Assembly: GCA_963822445.1 (NCBI GenBank)
Contig: CAWGHO010000002.1
Span: forward strand, 2,240,001 to 2,304,000
Length of the DNA: 64,000 bases
Reading direction: 5' to 3'
Origin: an uncultured Acidobacteriota bacterium
GTDB lineage: Bacteria; Acidobacteriota; Thermoanaerobaculia; Gp7-AA8
In this document: in pieces, positions 49,384 to 58,457 of the stretch
How the letters are laid out: every line of letters begins with the position of its first letter
Numbering within the stretch: the first letter of the stretch is position 1
Position numbers and translations under genes: made by a program
Notes under the pieces: generated by a model
The model's database searches: none
What the model saw: only the letters and a program-made list of their open reading frames with translations
What the model was told of the DNA's origin: nothing

Positions 49384-51225
49384 ATGTCCACGCCCCATCC
49401 GCCCGGCTGCCCCCATCCGACCAGTGCCTCGCCGGCGCAGATCGAGTTCGTGCCGCAGAGGCCCATGGTGGACTGGCTGCATCCGGCCCAGCTCGCCCGC
49501 ACCGGTCTAAAGGCCGCCATCGCCTCGACTTTCGGCTCGTACGCGGACAAACGCGAGCTGCAGGCGGCGCTGGCGCACGTCGAAGGGGCGGACGACACGT
49601 ACGAGCTGAAGGATGGCGAGCTCTGGTTCGACTACACCGCCGACCTCGGCGACGGATTCGACGCGACCTACGCGATCGCCCGGCTGCTCGCGACCGATCT
49701 CACAATCGACGGCGAGGAAACGAAGCGAGGCACATTCGTCATCCTCGGCGGCGACCAGGTCTATCCGACCGCGGCCCGCGACGAATATCAGAACCGCTTC
49801 ATCGGCCCGTATCGCGCGGCGCATCCCTTCGAGCCGCACCGCGTCGACGGCCACTTCGCGCCGGCGATGTACGCGTTGCCAGGCAATCACGACTGGTACG
49901 ACGGCCTGACCAGCTTCCTGCGCATCTTCTGTCAGCGCAAAGGCAATCGCACCGGCCGCTGGATCGGCGGATGGCGCACGCGCCAGCGTCGCAGTTACTT
50001 CGCCATCGAGCTGCCGGGCAACTGGTGGATCTGGGCCGTCGACAGCCAGCTCGAGTCGGACATGGATCATCCGCAGCTCATGTACTTCGACAGCCTCGCC
50101 GAGCAGATGCTGAAGAAGGAGAGCGATCCGTCGAAGCACAAGATCATCCTCGTCACTGCGGAGCCGAGCTGGGTGAATTGCCGCGGCGATGAGGCCGCGG
50201 GGACGTGTCGCAATCATCCCGAGGCGTTCAATACGCTGGCTCATTTCGAGAAGACCTACGTGCGGACGAAAGGATTCGAGCTGCGGCTCGTCCTGTCCGG
50301 CGACCTCCATCACTACGTCCGCTACGCGTCGACCGAGCGGGACACGCACACGATGCGCATCACCGCGGGTGGCGGAGGCGCGTTTCTCCTCGGCACGGAG
50401 CAGATGCCTTCGGTCATCAGCGTGCGCGAAGACGGCGGGAACCATCCGTACGTGAAGAAAGCCGCGTTTCCCGACACGACGGAATCGCGCAAGTACGAAT
50501 CGGGGATCTGGCGCGTTCCTTTCGAGCGTCCGGCGTTCGGCATGATGCTCGGCGGCATCTACCTGCTGATCGCGTGGCTGCTGCAGACCGGCAGCCGGGC
50601 CACGGACCTTCTGCCCGCGGGATCGCTCCTCGACCACATCTATCTTCGCGGCGCGAACGTGAGCGCGTTCGCGATTGCGTTCATGCTCAGCCCTCTGAGC
50701 ACGACGCTGGGGCTGGGGATCGTGGCCGCGTTGTGGGGATTCACGTTTACGCAGGCCAAAGGTCATCCTTGGCCGGCGAAGATCTCCGGCGCCGTGCACG
50801 GCCTCGCTCACGTGGTGTTGTGCTGCGCGCTCTTCGCAACGATCACGACCGCGCTCAAAACCACGGCGCTGCCGCGAGGCGGTGTCTGGTTCAGTCTCGC
50901 CCTGATGACCCTCCTCTTCATCCTCGGCTGGGTCCTCGGCTCATGGCTCTTCGCGGCGTATCTCTGGTTGTCCTGCCGCTGGACGGGCGTGCACGCCGGC
51001 GATCTCTTTTCATCGATGGCCATCACCGACTGCAAGCACTTCCTGCGCATGCGCATGGACGCATCGGGGCGGCTGACGCTATTCGTGATCGGGCTCAAGA
51101 AAGTGCCGCACGATTGGGTCTTCGAAGCACCAGGCGACCGTTGCGGACGGCCGTGGTTTCACTCGAAGAAGTTCATGGTGGAGAAGGAGTACACGCCGTT
51201 CGTCGTGGAAAAGGTGACGTTGTGA
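49384..51225 (+). CDS. Calcineurin-like metallophosphoesterase with C-terminal TM helices
   Basis: ADLGDG, GGDQVYP, PGNHDW, SGDLHHY; 4-5 TM segments. Confidence 0.82.
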   Translation: MSTPHPPGCPHPTSASPAQIEFVPQRPMVDWLHPAQLARTGLKAAIASTFGSYADKRELQAALAHVEGADDTYELKDGELWFDYTADLGDGFDATYAIARLLATDLTIDGEETKRGTFVILGGDQVYPTAARDEYQNRFIGPYRAAHPFEPHRVDGHFAPAMYALPGNHDWYDGLTSFLRIFCQRKGNRTGRWIGGWRTRQRRSYFAIELPGNWWIWAVDSQLESDMDHPQLMYFDSLAEQMLKKESDPSKHKIILVTAEPSWVNCRGDEAAGTCRNHPEAFNTLAHFEKTYVRTKGFELRLVLSGDLHHYVRYASTERDTHTMRITAGGGGAFLLGTEQMPSVISVREDGGNHPYVKKAAFPDTTESRKYESGIWRVPFERPAFGMMLGGIYLLIAWLLQTGSRATDLLPAGSLLDHIYLRGANVSAFAIAFMLSPLSTTLGLGIVAALWGFTFTQAKGHPWPAKISGAVHGLAHVVLCCALFATITTALKTTALPRGGVWFSLALMTLLFILGWVLGSWLFAAYLWLSCRWTGVHAGDLFSSMAITDCKHFLRMRMDASGRLTLFVIGLKKVPHDWVFEAPGDRCGRPWFHSKKFMVEKEYTPFVVEKVTL

Positions 51226-51235
51226 GGTGATAACA

Positions 51236-51359
51236 ACCCCTCATCCGCCTTCGGCACCTTCTCCCCTCATGAGGGGAGAAGGCTCTCGCGACGAACGTCC
51301 CCTTCGAGATCCCTCGCCCCGCCTTGCGGGGAGAGGGTGGCCGAAGGCCGGGTGAGGGG
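51236..51359. repeat. ~120-bp palindromic interspersed element (second copy)
   Basis: acccctcatccgccttcggcaccttctcccc ... ggggagagggtggccgaaggccgggtgagggg. Confidence 0.85.
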
Positions 51360-51414
51360 CGATCTCGCGATGATCTTGACCGGCCTCACGCGCGCCCCGC
51401 ATGATGCGCCACAC

Positions 51415-52953
51415 ATGAGCTTCCGTCAGTTGTTCCGCACGAAATCGCTCGACGCGCTGGTCGCCGACACGCAGGAAGAAGGCTCGCAACTCAAGCGCGC
51501 TCTCGGACCGTGGAACCTGGTTGCACTCGGAATCGGAGCGGTGATCGGCGCAGGCATCTTCGCCACGATCGGCACTGCCGCCGCCGGTGACGCCCACCGC
51601 CCGGGCGCCGGGCCCGGGCTGATGCTTTCGTTCGTGATCACCGCGATCGTCTGCGGATTCACGGCGCTCTGCTATGCCGAGTTCGCGTCGATGGTGCCGG
51701 TCTCCGGCTCCGCGTACACCTACTCGTACGGAACGCTCGGCGAGCTCGTGGCCTGGATCATCGGCTGGGATCTCATCATCGAATACGCGATCGGCAACGT
51801 CGCCGTGGCGATCTCCTGGGCGAATTACTTCAACACGTTGCTCGAAGGCTCGGGGTTCCGTCTGCCTCGATGGCTCGCGGTGGATTGGCAGACCGCGCAC
51901 GCGAAGATGCCCGAGGTCGTGGCCGAGGCGCCGAGGATCTTCGGATTCCCGATCGTGGTGAACATCATGGCCCTGGCCATCGTCGCGTTCATCACCATCG
52001 TCCTGGTGTGGGGCATCAAGGAATCGGCCAAATTCAACTTCTACATGGTCGCCCTGAAGCTGATCGTCCTCGGCTTCTTCGTGTTCGTCAGCTTCAGGTA
52101 CGTGAGCTCCGACAACTGGGTGCCGTTCGCGCCCAACGGCATGCATGGCATTCTCTCCGGCGCGGCGGTGGTGTTCTTCGCCTACATCGGCTTCGACGCG
52201 GTGTCGACGACGGCCGAGGAAGCGAAGAATCCGAAACGGGACATGCCCATCGGCATCATCGGCTCGCTGATCGTCTGCACGATCATCTACATCATCGTCG
52301 CGGCCGTCTTCACGGGGATGATCTCGTACCCGACGCTGACCGGCGCGCTGGCGACGGAACAGGCCGAGCCGCTCACGCTGGCGATGAAGCACGTGATGAT
52401 GCCGACCTGGATGGTCAAGGTGGTGGCCCTGGGATCGGTCATCGCCCACACCGCGGTGCTCTTCGTCTTTCAGCTCGGCCAGCCGCGCATCTTTTTCGCC
52501 ATGTCGCGCGACGGACTGCTGCCGAAGTTCTTCTCGAAGGTGCATCCGAAGTACCGCACCCCGCACATCGCCACGATCATCACCGGCCTCGTTGTCGGTG
52601 TGGCCGCGTTGTTCACGACGCTCGAGGAGATGGTCGACCTGACCAACATCGGAACGCTCTTCGCGTTCTTCCTGGTCTGCGTCGGCATCATCATCCTGCG
52701 CATCAAGGAACCGAATCGCGAACGGCCGTTCAAGGTGCCGTTCGGACTCGTGATCCCGATCCTCGGCGCGGTCTCCGCTGTCGGCCTGGCCATCTACCTC
52801 CCGCCGAAATCATGGGAGCGGTTCTTCATCTGGCTGGCCATCGGCGCGGTGGTGTACTTCCTGTACGGATACCGCCACAGCCGCCTGCGGCACCCGGGGC
52901 ACATCCATAAGGTCGATCCGCCGCCGCCGTTGTCGACGCACGACACGAAGTAG
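51415..52953 (+). CDS. APC family amino acid permease
   Basis: GIGAVIGAGIF, LCYAEFAS, GSAYTY, FFAYIGFDAVST, QPRIFFAMSRDGLLP. Confidence 0.93.
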   Translation: MSFRQLFRTKSLDALVADTQEEGSQLKRALGPWNLVALGIGAVIGAGIFATIGTAAAGDAHRPGAGPGLMLSFVITAIVCGFTALCYAEFASMVPVSGSAYTYSYGTLGELVAWIIGWDLIIEYAIGNVAVAISWANYFNTLLEGSGFRLPRWLAVDWQTAHAKMPEVVAEAPRIFGFPIVVNIMALAIVAFITIVLVWGIKESAKFNFYMVALKLIVLGFFVFVSFRYVSSDNWVPFAPNGMHGILSGAAVVFFAYIGFDAVSTTAEEAKNPKRDMPIGIIGSLIVCTIIYIIVAAVFTGMISYPTLTGALATEQAEPLTLAMKHVMMPTWMVKVVALGSVIAHTAVLFVFQLGQPRIFFAMSRDGLLPKFFSKVHPKYRTPHIATIITGLVVGVAALFTTLEEMVDLTNIGTLFAFFLVCVGIIILRIKEPNRERPFKVPFGLVIPILGAVSAVGLAIYLPPKSWERFFIWLAIGAVVYFLYGYRHSRLRHPGHIHKVDPPPPLSTHDTK

Positions 52954-53348
52954 TGCATCCGCGAGCGAAGGAACTGATCGAGTCGCTGGCGCTCGTCCCC
53001 CATCCAGAGGGGGGGTGGTACCGGCAGGTGTTCAAGTCGAGCGAGCGCGTGACGCGCGCGGCGGACGGCGCCGATCGAAGCGCGCTGACGACGATCTACT
53101 TCCTGCTGGTCGAAGGAACGCACAGCCGCTGGCATCGCGTGCAGTCGGACGAGGTCTGGCATTTCTACGAGGGCGATCCGCTGGCGCTGACGATCCGCGA
53201 TCGCGAGACGGTGATCCTCGACGCGACGAATCGCGTTCATGTCGTGTCCGCGCGAGCGTGGCAGACGGCGCACCCGCGCGGCGCGTACGTGCTGGTGGGA
53301 TGCACGGTCGGGCCGGGGTTTGAGTTTGTGGATTTCGAGATGGAGTAG
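52953..53348 (+). CDS. Cupin_5 (DUF985) family protein
   Basis: LVPHPEGGWYR, TTIYFLL, WHRVQSDEVWHFYEG, GCTVGPGFEF. Confidence 0.9.
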   Translation: MHPRAKELIESLALVPHPEGGWYRQVFKSSERVTRAADGADRSALTTIYFLLVEGTHSRWHRVQSDEVWHFYEGDPLALTIRDRETVILDATNRVHVVSARAWQTAHPRGAYVLVGCTVGPGFEFVDFEME

Positions 53349-53355
53349 TTGTGAA

Positions 53356-53400
53356 GTCTATCCTTCGCGCGGGCGGCGGGTGGCGGGCGCGGAGGATAGA
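53356..53400. repeat. Palindrome TCTATCCTTCG...CGGAGGATAGA between convergent genes
   Basis: Same termini as the 1000-1035 hairpin. Confidence 0.6.
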
Positions 53401-53405
53401 GTCAA

Positions 53406-55673
53406 TCAGAACCGCCAGGTCACGCCGAACGACGGCAGCACCGCCAGCACGGACTCGTATTGCGGCACCGCGGTCACATCGCCGTTTTGCGCGACGTTGA
53501 ACGAGAAACCCTCGATCCGGGTGACGTTCGTGTGGTTCAACAAATTCAGCACTTCCACGAACATCGTCAGCGGCCCGGAAGAGCGGCTCACCCGCAGGTC
53601 GGCGCGGCGGTAGGAGGGGAGGCGGGTCGTGCCGCGCGCGCCGGTCGAGCTCACGAGCCGGCCGTCGACGAAACGCGCGCTGACGGGGGTGCTCGGCCAG
53701 CCGCTGTGAAACGTTCCGGCCAGATTGAAGTTCCAGTTCGCGCCGTGGCGAAGGTTCACGCTGAACGTCAGGCCGTGGCGTTGATCCCACGACCGCGGCA
53801 CGTCCTCACCGTCGATCACGTCGGAGACCGACGCCAGCGTGTAACTGAGCCAGCCGCTGAGCCGTCTTGCTGAATCAGTGCGCAGCAGCAGCTCCGCGCC
53901 GCGTGCGGTTGCACGATCCGGCGCGATGCGAACGCGGTCGGCGCGCAGCTCGGGAAACATCAGCAGGCTGTCGAACGCGTTCTCGAACCGCGGCCTGAGC
54001 TTGGTCATCGACTTGTCGTACAGCTCCAGGCGCGCGTGGACCTGTTCGCGAAAGAGATGCTCGATGCCGACCACACGATGTTCGGAGCGCTGCGCCTCGC
54101 CGAGCTCGGTCAGACCATCCTCGATCTGCAGATCCTCGATGCGCGCCGGTTGATGGACGATGCCCCAGGCCGCGCGAACAGACGTGCGCGCGGTCGGGGT
54201 CCACGATGCGTTGAGACGGGGATCGAGGTCCGAGCCGGCAGCGCGCAGGCCCGCTTCGACGACCACGTTCTCCGAGACCCGGACACGGTCGGCAACGTAA
54301 GCGGACAGCTCGCTGTCCGATGGCCGCACGTGGATCGACCGGTCGACGGTAAACGGCGGCGCGCCGAGGGTGTAGCTGGTGAGCTGCACGCGCGCGGTGC
54401 CGTCGTAGTCGTAACGGGCGCTGGTCTGCCGCGCGGTCACGCCGAACTTCACGAGGTTGCGGGCCGACAGATCGAACGAGCCGTCGTTCTTGAGCGACAA
54501 CAGGCGGATTTTGCGGCGGTCATCGAGCCGGCCGGTCTGGTTGCCTCCCTCATCGACGAAATGGCCGTTGCGATTGCGGGAGAGACTTCCGTACGACAGC
54601 ACGCTCTGCGCGTACAACCGCGGCGTGAGCGACCCGCGGACATTGAGCCACGCGTAACCGTCGGTGTAGCGGGCGGTCGCGTCGGTGTCGGGTTCCTCGT
54701 GCAGTTCGAGGTCGTCGTGCGCGATCAGGACATGGGCCGACGCGACCGCGGCATCGCCGAGCGTCCACTGCACCTTGCCGATGAAGTCCTCGTATTTCGG
54801 ATCGAAGTTGTCCTCGTCGTCGAGCATGCGCAGGACCTCGCGCAGATACCCGTGACGCAGCGAGACCAGCCACGATCCGCGCGACGCGCCGAACGTTCCC
54901 TGCGAGAGCAGCCGCGCGTTCAGCAGGCTGATCCCGACTTCGTGCCGCATCTCGTCCGCCGTGCTCGTGTCGATGTCGACGACGCCGCTCATCCGCCCGC
55001 CGTACTCCGCCGGATACCCGCCGCTGAGCACATCCACGCTCCCCACAGCCTCGGCGTCGATGGTGCTGAACGCACGCGACAGGTCCTTCACGTGAAAGGG
55101 ATCGTGGATCTCCGCTCCGTCGACGAGCACGAGCACCTCGTCTTCGGCGCCTCCGCGGAGATTGAACCGCGCGCTGACGTCGGACGCCGCCACACCCGGG
55201 ATTCGACCAATGGCGCGATACAGGTCATCGGAAAAGTGGGGTACGCGGCGGACTTCTTCGCGGCTCAGGAACTGATGGCTGGCGACCTCGTCGCCGAGGA
55301 TGGTGAAGCGGCTCGGTGTGACGACGATCTCCGCGAGTGTCACCGGCATCTGAGGAGGCGGGACCGAGGGTTCGCGATGCGTTTCCTCCCGTCGCCGCGT
55401 TTCATCAGGAACGATCAGCAGCGAGTTGCCGGGGCCGTTCTTCGCGCGCAGCCGATGCTCGCGCAGCAGCTCGTCGAGGATCTGCCGCGGCTTCGTTGCG
55501 CGCGGCTCCTTCTTCACGATCATGTCCGCGCGGACTACGTCATCGCTGTAGATCAACTTCAATCCGCGCCTCTCGAGGTCGCGTAGCGCGTGGCTGAGCG
55601 GCTGTCCCACGTAGCGCGTTTGCTGCGCGGCGAGAGTCACCGCGCAGGCGAGGAGAACGATGAGCTTGCGCAT
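53406..55673 (-). CDS. TonB-dependent receptor with N-terminal signalling (STN) domain
   Basis: Signal peptide MRKLIVLL; EIVVT TonB box; plug motifs PGV, NLRGG, LVDG, GGYPAEYG; C-terminal GVTWRF. Confidence 0.88.
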   Translation of the reverse strand: MRKLIVLLACAVTLAAQQTRYVGQPLSHALRDLERRGLKLIYSDDVVRADMIVKKEPRATKPRQILDELLREHRLRAKNGPGNSLLIVPDETRRREETHREPSVPPPQMPVTLAEIVVTPSRFTILGDEVASHQFLSREEVRRVPHFSDDLYRAIGRIPGVAASDVSARFNLRGGAEDEVLVLVDGAEIHDPFHVKDLSRAFSTIDAEAVGSVDVLSGGYPAEYGGRMSGVVDIDTSTADEMRHEVGISLLNARLLSQGTFGASRGSWLVSLRHGYLREVLRMLDDEDNFDPKYEDFIGKVQWTLGDAAVASAHVLIAHDDLELHEEPDTDATARYTDGYAWLNVRGSLTPRLYAQSVLSYGSLSRNRNGHFVDEGGNQTGRLDDRRKIRLLSLKNDGSFDLSARNLVKFGVTARQTSARYDYDGTARVQLTSYTLGAPPFTVDRSIHVRPSDSELSAYVADRVRVSENVVVEAGLRAAGSDLDPRLNASWTPTARTSVRAAWGIVHQPARIEDLQIEDGLTELGEAQRSEHRVVGIEHLFREQVHARLELYDKSMTKLRPRFENAFDSLLMFPELRADRVRIAPDRATARGAELLLRTDSARRLSGWLSYTLASVSDVIDGEDVPRSWDQRHGLTFSVNLRHGANWNFNLAGTFHSGWPSTPVSARFVDGRLVSSTGARGTTRLPSYRRADLRVSRSSGPLTMFVEVLNLLNHTNVTRIEGFSFNVAQNGDVTAVPQYESVLAVLPSFGVTWRF

Positions 55674-56422
55674 CACTTCCGCCTGCTCACGATGAGGGTG
55701 TCGCCTTCGATGCTGTACTCGACGCCCGACGCCGCGGTGGCCGCGTCGATCGCTTCCTGCGGCGTGAGGGGAACGCTGCCGTGGAGCACGGCGTCGCGGC
55801 CGGTTTCCCACTTCACCTGCAGGCCTTTCGTTCGCGCGGCCTGCTCCACGACGTCGCCGAGGGTCCGGCCTTCGAGCGTGATCCGCTGGTTGACTGTGTC
55901 GCGCGTTGCAACGACCTCCGCTCCGGCGTCTGCACGCGTTCCGCGCACCTCGACCGCTCCCTCGTCGACGCGAACCCGCATCTCGGAGGCGCTGACGCGG
56001 ATCTCGAACTTCGTGCCGATGTCGCGCACCGCGCCGAACGGCGTGTTCACGGTGACGCCGCTGTGCCCGTTGGACGTGAAGTAGATCGTGCCTCGCTCGA
56101 GCGACGCTTCGGTGGAAGAGACGATCGTGAAGCGCGTGCCTGCGTCGAGACGGACCGTTGCGCCGCTCCAGTCGATCGATGAAGCGATGCCCTGAGGGAC
56201 GTCGATGGTGCGTGGTTGCGGTCGCAGCAGAAGCACCGCTGCCAGCGTCGCGGCGATGGCGGCGCCGATGCCGTATTGCACGAACCGTCTGCGTTGCGTG
56301 GTGCGGCGCCATTCCTCGTAAACCGCGGTTTGCACTCGCGCGGTGCGCTCGGGGTCAGGTCGCGGACGTGCGCCGGCCAATCGCACCAGGCTCGCCACCG
56401 CGTCTTCGCTTTCGTCGTTCAT
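55673..56422 (-). CDS. FecR-like anti-sigma factor
   Basis: Single TM; VRLDAGT, LERG, TPFG.VRDIGTKFE, VDEGAV. Confidence 0.82.
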   Translation of the reverse strand: MNDESEDAVASLVRLAGARPRPDPERTARVQTAVYEEWRRTTQRRRFVQYGIGAAIAATLAAVLLLRPQPRTIDVPQGIASSIDWSGATVRLDAGTRFTIVSSTEASLERGTIYFTSNGHSGVTVNTPFGAVRDIGTKFEIRVSASEMRVRVDEGAVEVRGTRADAGAEVVATRDTVNQRITLEGRTLGDVVEQAARTKGLQVKWETGRDAVLHGSVPLTPQEAIDAATAASGVEYSIEGDTLIVSRRK

Positions 56423-57021
56423 GGTTGCACTCCGTATGCGGTGGTGAAGGCGTCGCGAAAGGCATCGCGAGCGCGGGTGAGAGTCGATTCAGCGGCTTTC
56501 GCGGTCAGGCCGAGGCGGCCGGCGATCTCGGCGACGGTCAGGCCTTCGATGTACTTCCACTCCAGCGCGTCGCCGTATCGCGAGGGCAGTCCGTCGAGCA
56601 CGGCCTGGACGAGACGAGCCGTCTCGCGCCGCTGCACTTCGCTCTCCGGTCCCGCAAGCGACTCCAGCGCGGCCCGGACCTCGGGGATGTCTTCGCTGAG
56701 ATCGATCATCGGCGGCGTTTTCTTTCGCTCGATGAACCAGGTCGCGAGCTCGCGGCGGCAGATCGCGGTCATCCACGTCAGCAGTGCCGCCTCGCCGCGA
56801 TACGTCGACAGTTTTCGCACCGCCCGGCACAGCGCGAGCTGCACGACTTCCTCGGCAACCCCGGCATCGCCGCCGGCCCGCGGCAGCGCGAACCGGAACA
56901 ACGGCGCGAAGCTCATCTCGAAAAATTCGGCGAACGCTTCCTCGTCGCCGCGCAGGAGTCGCGCGACGAGGAAGCGATCGGGATGGTCGGCGCTCATCGT
57001 CAGATTCTCCTCTTCTGCCAC
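56419..57021 (-). CDS. ECF sigma-70 factor
   Basis: GDEEAF, AEEVVQ, YRGEAALLTW, GLTVAEIA..LTRAR. Confidence 0.9.
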   Translation of the reverse strand: MAEEENLTMSADHPDRFLVARLLRGDEEAFAEFFEMSFAPLFRFALPRAGGDAGVAEEVVQLALCRAVRKLSTYRGEAALLTWMTAICRRELATWFIERKKTPPMIDLSEDIPEVRAALESLAGPESEVQRRETARLVQAVLDGLPSRYGDALEWKYIEGLTVAEIAGRLGLTAKAAESTLTRARDAFRDAFTTAYGVQP

Positions 57022-57056
57022 GTTGGACAGGGGCGGAGAGGAAAATCCTTCGCGGT

Positions 57057-57115
57057 GGAGGACGAGCGCCCCGCTCGCCCTCTACCGGCAAGGGCGGCCG
57101 AGGCGGCCGCCCTCC
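57057..57115. repeat. REP-like doublet hairpin
   Basis: ggaggacgagcgccccgctcgccct ... agggcggccgaggcggccgccctcc. Confidence 0.55.
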
Positions 57116-58336
57116 TCAGAACTTCTTCGGGAAGCGGATGCTGCTGTCGTTGGTGCGGTTGTCGGTCGTCGACGCGTAGACGTACGCGCTGCCGGCCTGG
57201 ATCTGCACGATGATGAAGCCGCCCGGCGCGGTCGCGCCGCCATCCAGGAACTGCGAGAGCGTGACCTGCTCGAAGTAATTCGCCGGATACGAGCGGGTCA
57301 CGTTCAGGTTCGAGACCTGGATGCCGTTCGCGTCGTACTCGATGACGCCGACGGTCACCCCTTCGTCGAGCGTCCGGAGCCCGATGTTCATGCGGAAGTT
57401 GGTGAGGTCCGACGGAATCGTGAACGAGCCGCGGTCGAAGCGGTGCATGGCGTTGACCGGCGTCATCACCTCTTCTGTGAATCCGGACGTGCCGCCCGCG
57501 CCTTCATCGTTGTAAATCCGCGCGGTCACATCGGGCGGATAGCTGGTGAAGGGGACGATGTCCATGCTCCCGATGCCGCTGGTGCTCATCGAGGCGATGA
57601 CGTCATCGAGTGAGGTGGTCTGCGCCGGCTGCAGGCTGTACGTGTATTTCGGATCGGTCGAGGCCGCGCTGGCGCCGGCCGGATGAAAGACCAGCTGTCC
57701 GGTGATCGTGGAAGTGCCGCGATTGGTGAGCTGCACCGCCGTGCGGAACAACGATCCGAAACTGCCCTGCGTCGAGCCGACGACCGGCAGAGTGCCATGC
57801 ACCGGATTCGCTTCCGAGGAGGCGCGGACGCTCATCACCAGGCCGTTCACGAACTCGACGTTCGAGACCGTGCCGCTGTCCGGATCGGAAGGCACGGCGC
57901 CGACGAGGTTGGAGCGGTCCGTCCGCGCATTCGCTACGCCGCCGCAGGTAAGCGGCTCCAGCTGGGTGATGCCGATGTAATCGCCAGGCTGCACGTTGAC
58001 CGCGGGCGAGAGCGGGATATCGATGATCCCCGCAGTCGAATCGAACGGTCCGCGCGTCGCGATGACCTCCAGACCGGTGTCGGCCGGCCGGAAGAATTTC
58101 ACCTCGAAGGAGTCCTCACATCCAGCGGGGGGGCCAGCCGTCCAGACCAGCGTGGCCCGGGTGAGGTTGCCGATGCCGAAGGCGGGACGGGAGAAGTCGA
58201 TCAGGGTGAGCGGCGCCAGCGTCCCTCCGCGATTGGCGACGGTTGCGGCGCCGGGTTGGAGCTCTCCGACGGTGACGGCGAAAAGAGGGGCGGCGAACAG
58301 GGCGACGAGGGATATGTAAATAAGTTTGCGGAGCAT
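57116..58336 (-). CDS. Secreted beta-rich hypothetical protein
   Basis: Signal peptide; LPVVGSTQGSFGSLFRTAVQL..FRMNIG..YASTTDNRTNDS. Confidence 0.7.
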   Translation of the reverse strand: MLRKLIYISLVALFAAPLFAVTVGELQPGAATVANRGGTLAPLTLIDFSRPAFGIGNLTRATLVWTAGPPAGCEDSFEVKFFRPADTGLEVIATRGPFDSTAGIIDIPLSPAVNVQPGDYIGITQLEPLTCGGVANARTDRSNLVGAVPSDPDSGTVSNVEFVNGLVMSVRASSEANPVHGTLPVVGSTQGSFGSLFRTAVQLTNRGTSTITGQLVFHPAGASAASTDPKYTYSLQPAQTTSLDDVIASMSTSGIGSMDIVPFTSYPPDVTARIYNDEGAGGTSGFTEEVMTPVNAMHRFDRGSFTIPSDLTNFRMNIGLRTLDEGVTVGVIEYDANGIQVSNLNVTRSYPANYFEQVTLSQFLDGGATAPGGFIIVQIQAGSAYVYASTTDNRTNDSSIRFPKKF

Positions 58337-58457
58337 GCCCTCCGCGCGGTGCATCAGCCGTACCCGGGCTCCTGCCAGGCTGAGCAGCGAAGATCACAAG
58401 CGCGGGATAATTGCCGCCCTTACGCTCTGCGGCCAAATAAACGTACGGAGGCGGCTG

